Positions 63,228-64,000 of a stretch of DNA of 64,000 bases are shown here, in pieces (position 1 is the stretch's first letter; each line of letters opens with the position of its first letter). The notes beneath the pieces were generated by a model. It did no database searches. It saw nothing but the letters and a program-made list of their open reading frames with translations, and had not been told where the DNA came from. Both the position numbers and the translations under genes were made by a program. Origin of the DNA: Octopus vulgaris (taxonomy: Eukaryota); contig OX597830.1 in the NCBI GenBank assembly GCA_951406725.2, positions 46,562,001-46,626,000 on the forward strand, written 5' to 3'.

Positions 63228-64000
63228 TTAAGGCGGTGGTTTGCAGAATTGTTACTACACTGGGCAAAATGCTTATTGGCATTTCGTCCGTTGAGGTTGA
63301 CTTTGCCATTCATCCTTTTGTGATAGATAAAATAAGTACCAGTTGAGTCCTGGGGGTTGATGTAATTGGCCCCCCCCCCCAAAAAAAAATAAAATTGCTG
63401 GCCTTGTGCCAAAATTTGTAGCCAATATTTAGTCAAGACCTTAAGGTGGTGGGCAGGCAGAATTATTAGCCTGCCGGGCAAAATGCTTTGCGGCATTTTG
63501 TCTGTTTGCATCCGGAGTTCAAATTCTGCTAAAGTCGACTTTCAGGGTTGATAAAAAAAATACCAGTTGACTACTGGGAGTCAACGTAATTAACTGGCAA
63601 CCTCCCACCAAATTTCTGGCTTTGTGCCTAGAGTAGAAAAGGTTATTATTATTATTGTTATTATTAAGGTAGTGAGTTGACAGAATCATTAGCACACCAG
63701 GTAAAATGACTTTTCATATACCTCTACGTTCTGAGTTCAAATTCTGCTGAAGTGAACCTTGCCTTTCATCCTCTCAGGGTTGATGAAATAAATACTACTA
63801 CTACTACTACTACTTTGAGGCAGTGAACTAGCAGAAACAAGCAGACTGGACAAAATTCTGCAGCATTTTGTCTGTCTTTGCATTTTGAGTTCAAATTCCA
63901 CTCAGGCTGACTTTACCTTTCATCCTTTCGTGGTCGATAAAATAATTAGCAATCAAGTACTGGGATCAATGAAATCAACAAGACCCCCTTCCCTGAAATT
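63228..64000 (+). mobile_element. Head-to-tail cluster of at least four OK-like SINEs
   Basis: Repeated aagg.ggtg..(c/t)tg.cagaa heads at about 63228, 63441, 63665 and 63815. Confidence 0.8.

Overview
Eukaryotic, AT-rich, repeat-dense genomic DNA, most likely octopus (inferred from the SINE families, RTE tails and microsatellite load; not verified by search). The main gene is INTS3 (Integrator subunit 3 / SOSS-A) on the + strand. I assembled 19 GT-AG coding exons in continuous phase from ATG 14604 to 62601 (about 616 aa), and the gene continues beyond the window. The rest is mobile DNA: RTE-type LINEs, a CR1/Jockey-like LINE, a mariner, a non-autonomous Helitron, piggyBac/hAT/Tc1-type MITEs, tRNA-SINEs and satellites. 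The most notable signal is three sequence-distinct inverted-repeat insertions (about 2.3, 24.9 and 37.2 kb), each carrying a Penelope-type minimal hammerhead ribozyme motif. One of them is fused to a tRNA-derived Pol III head, which suggests a ribozyme-bearing, Penelope-dependent SINE. Most short ORFs in the supplied track are repeat artefacts. Repeat boundaries are read by eye and approximate.
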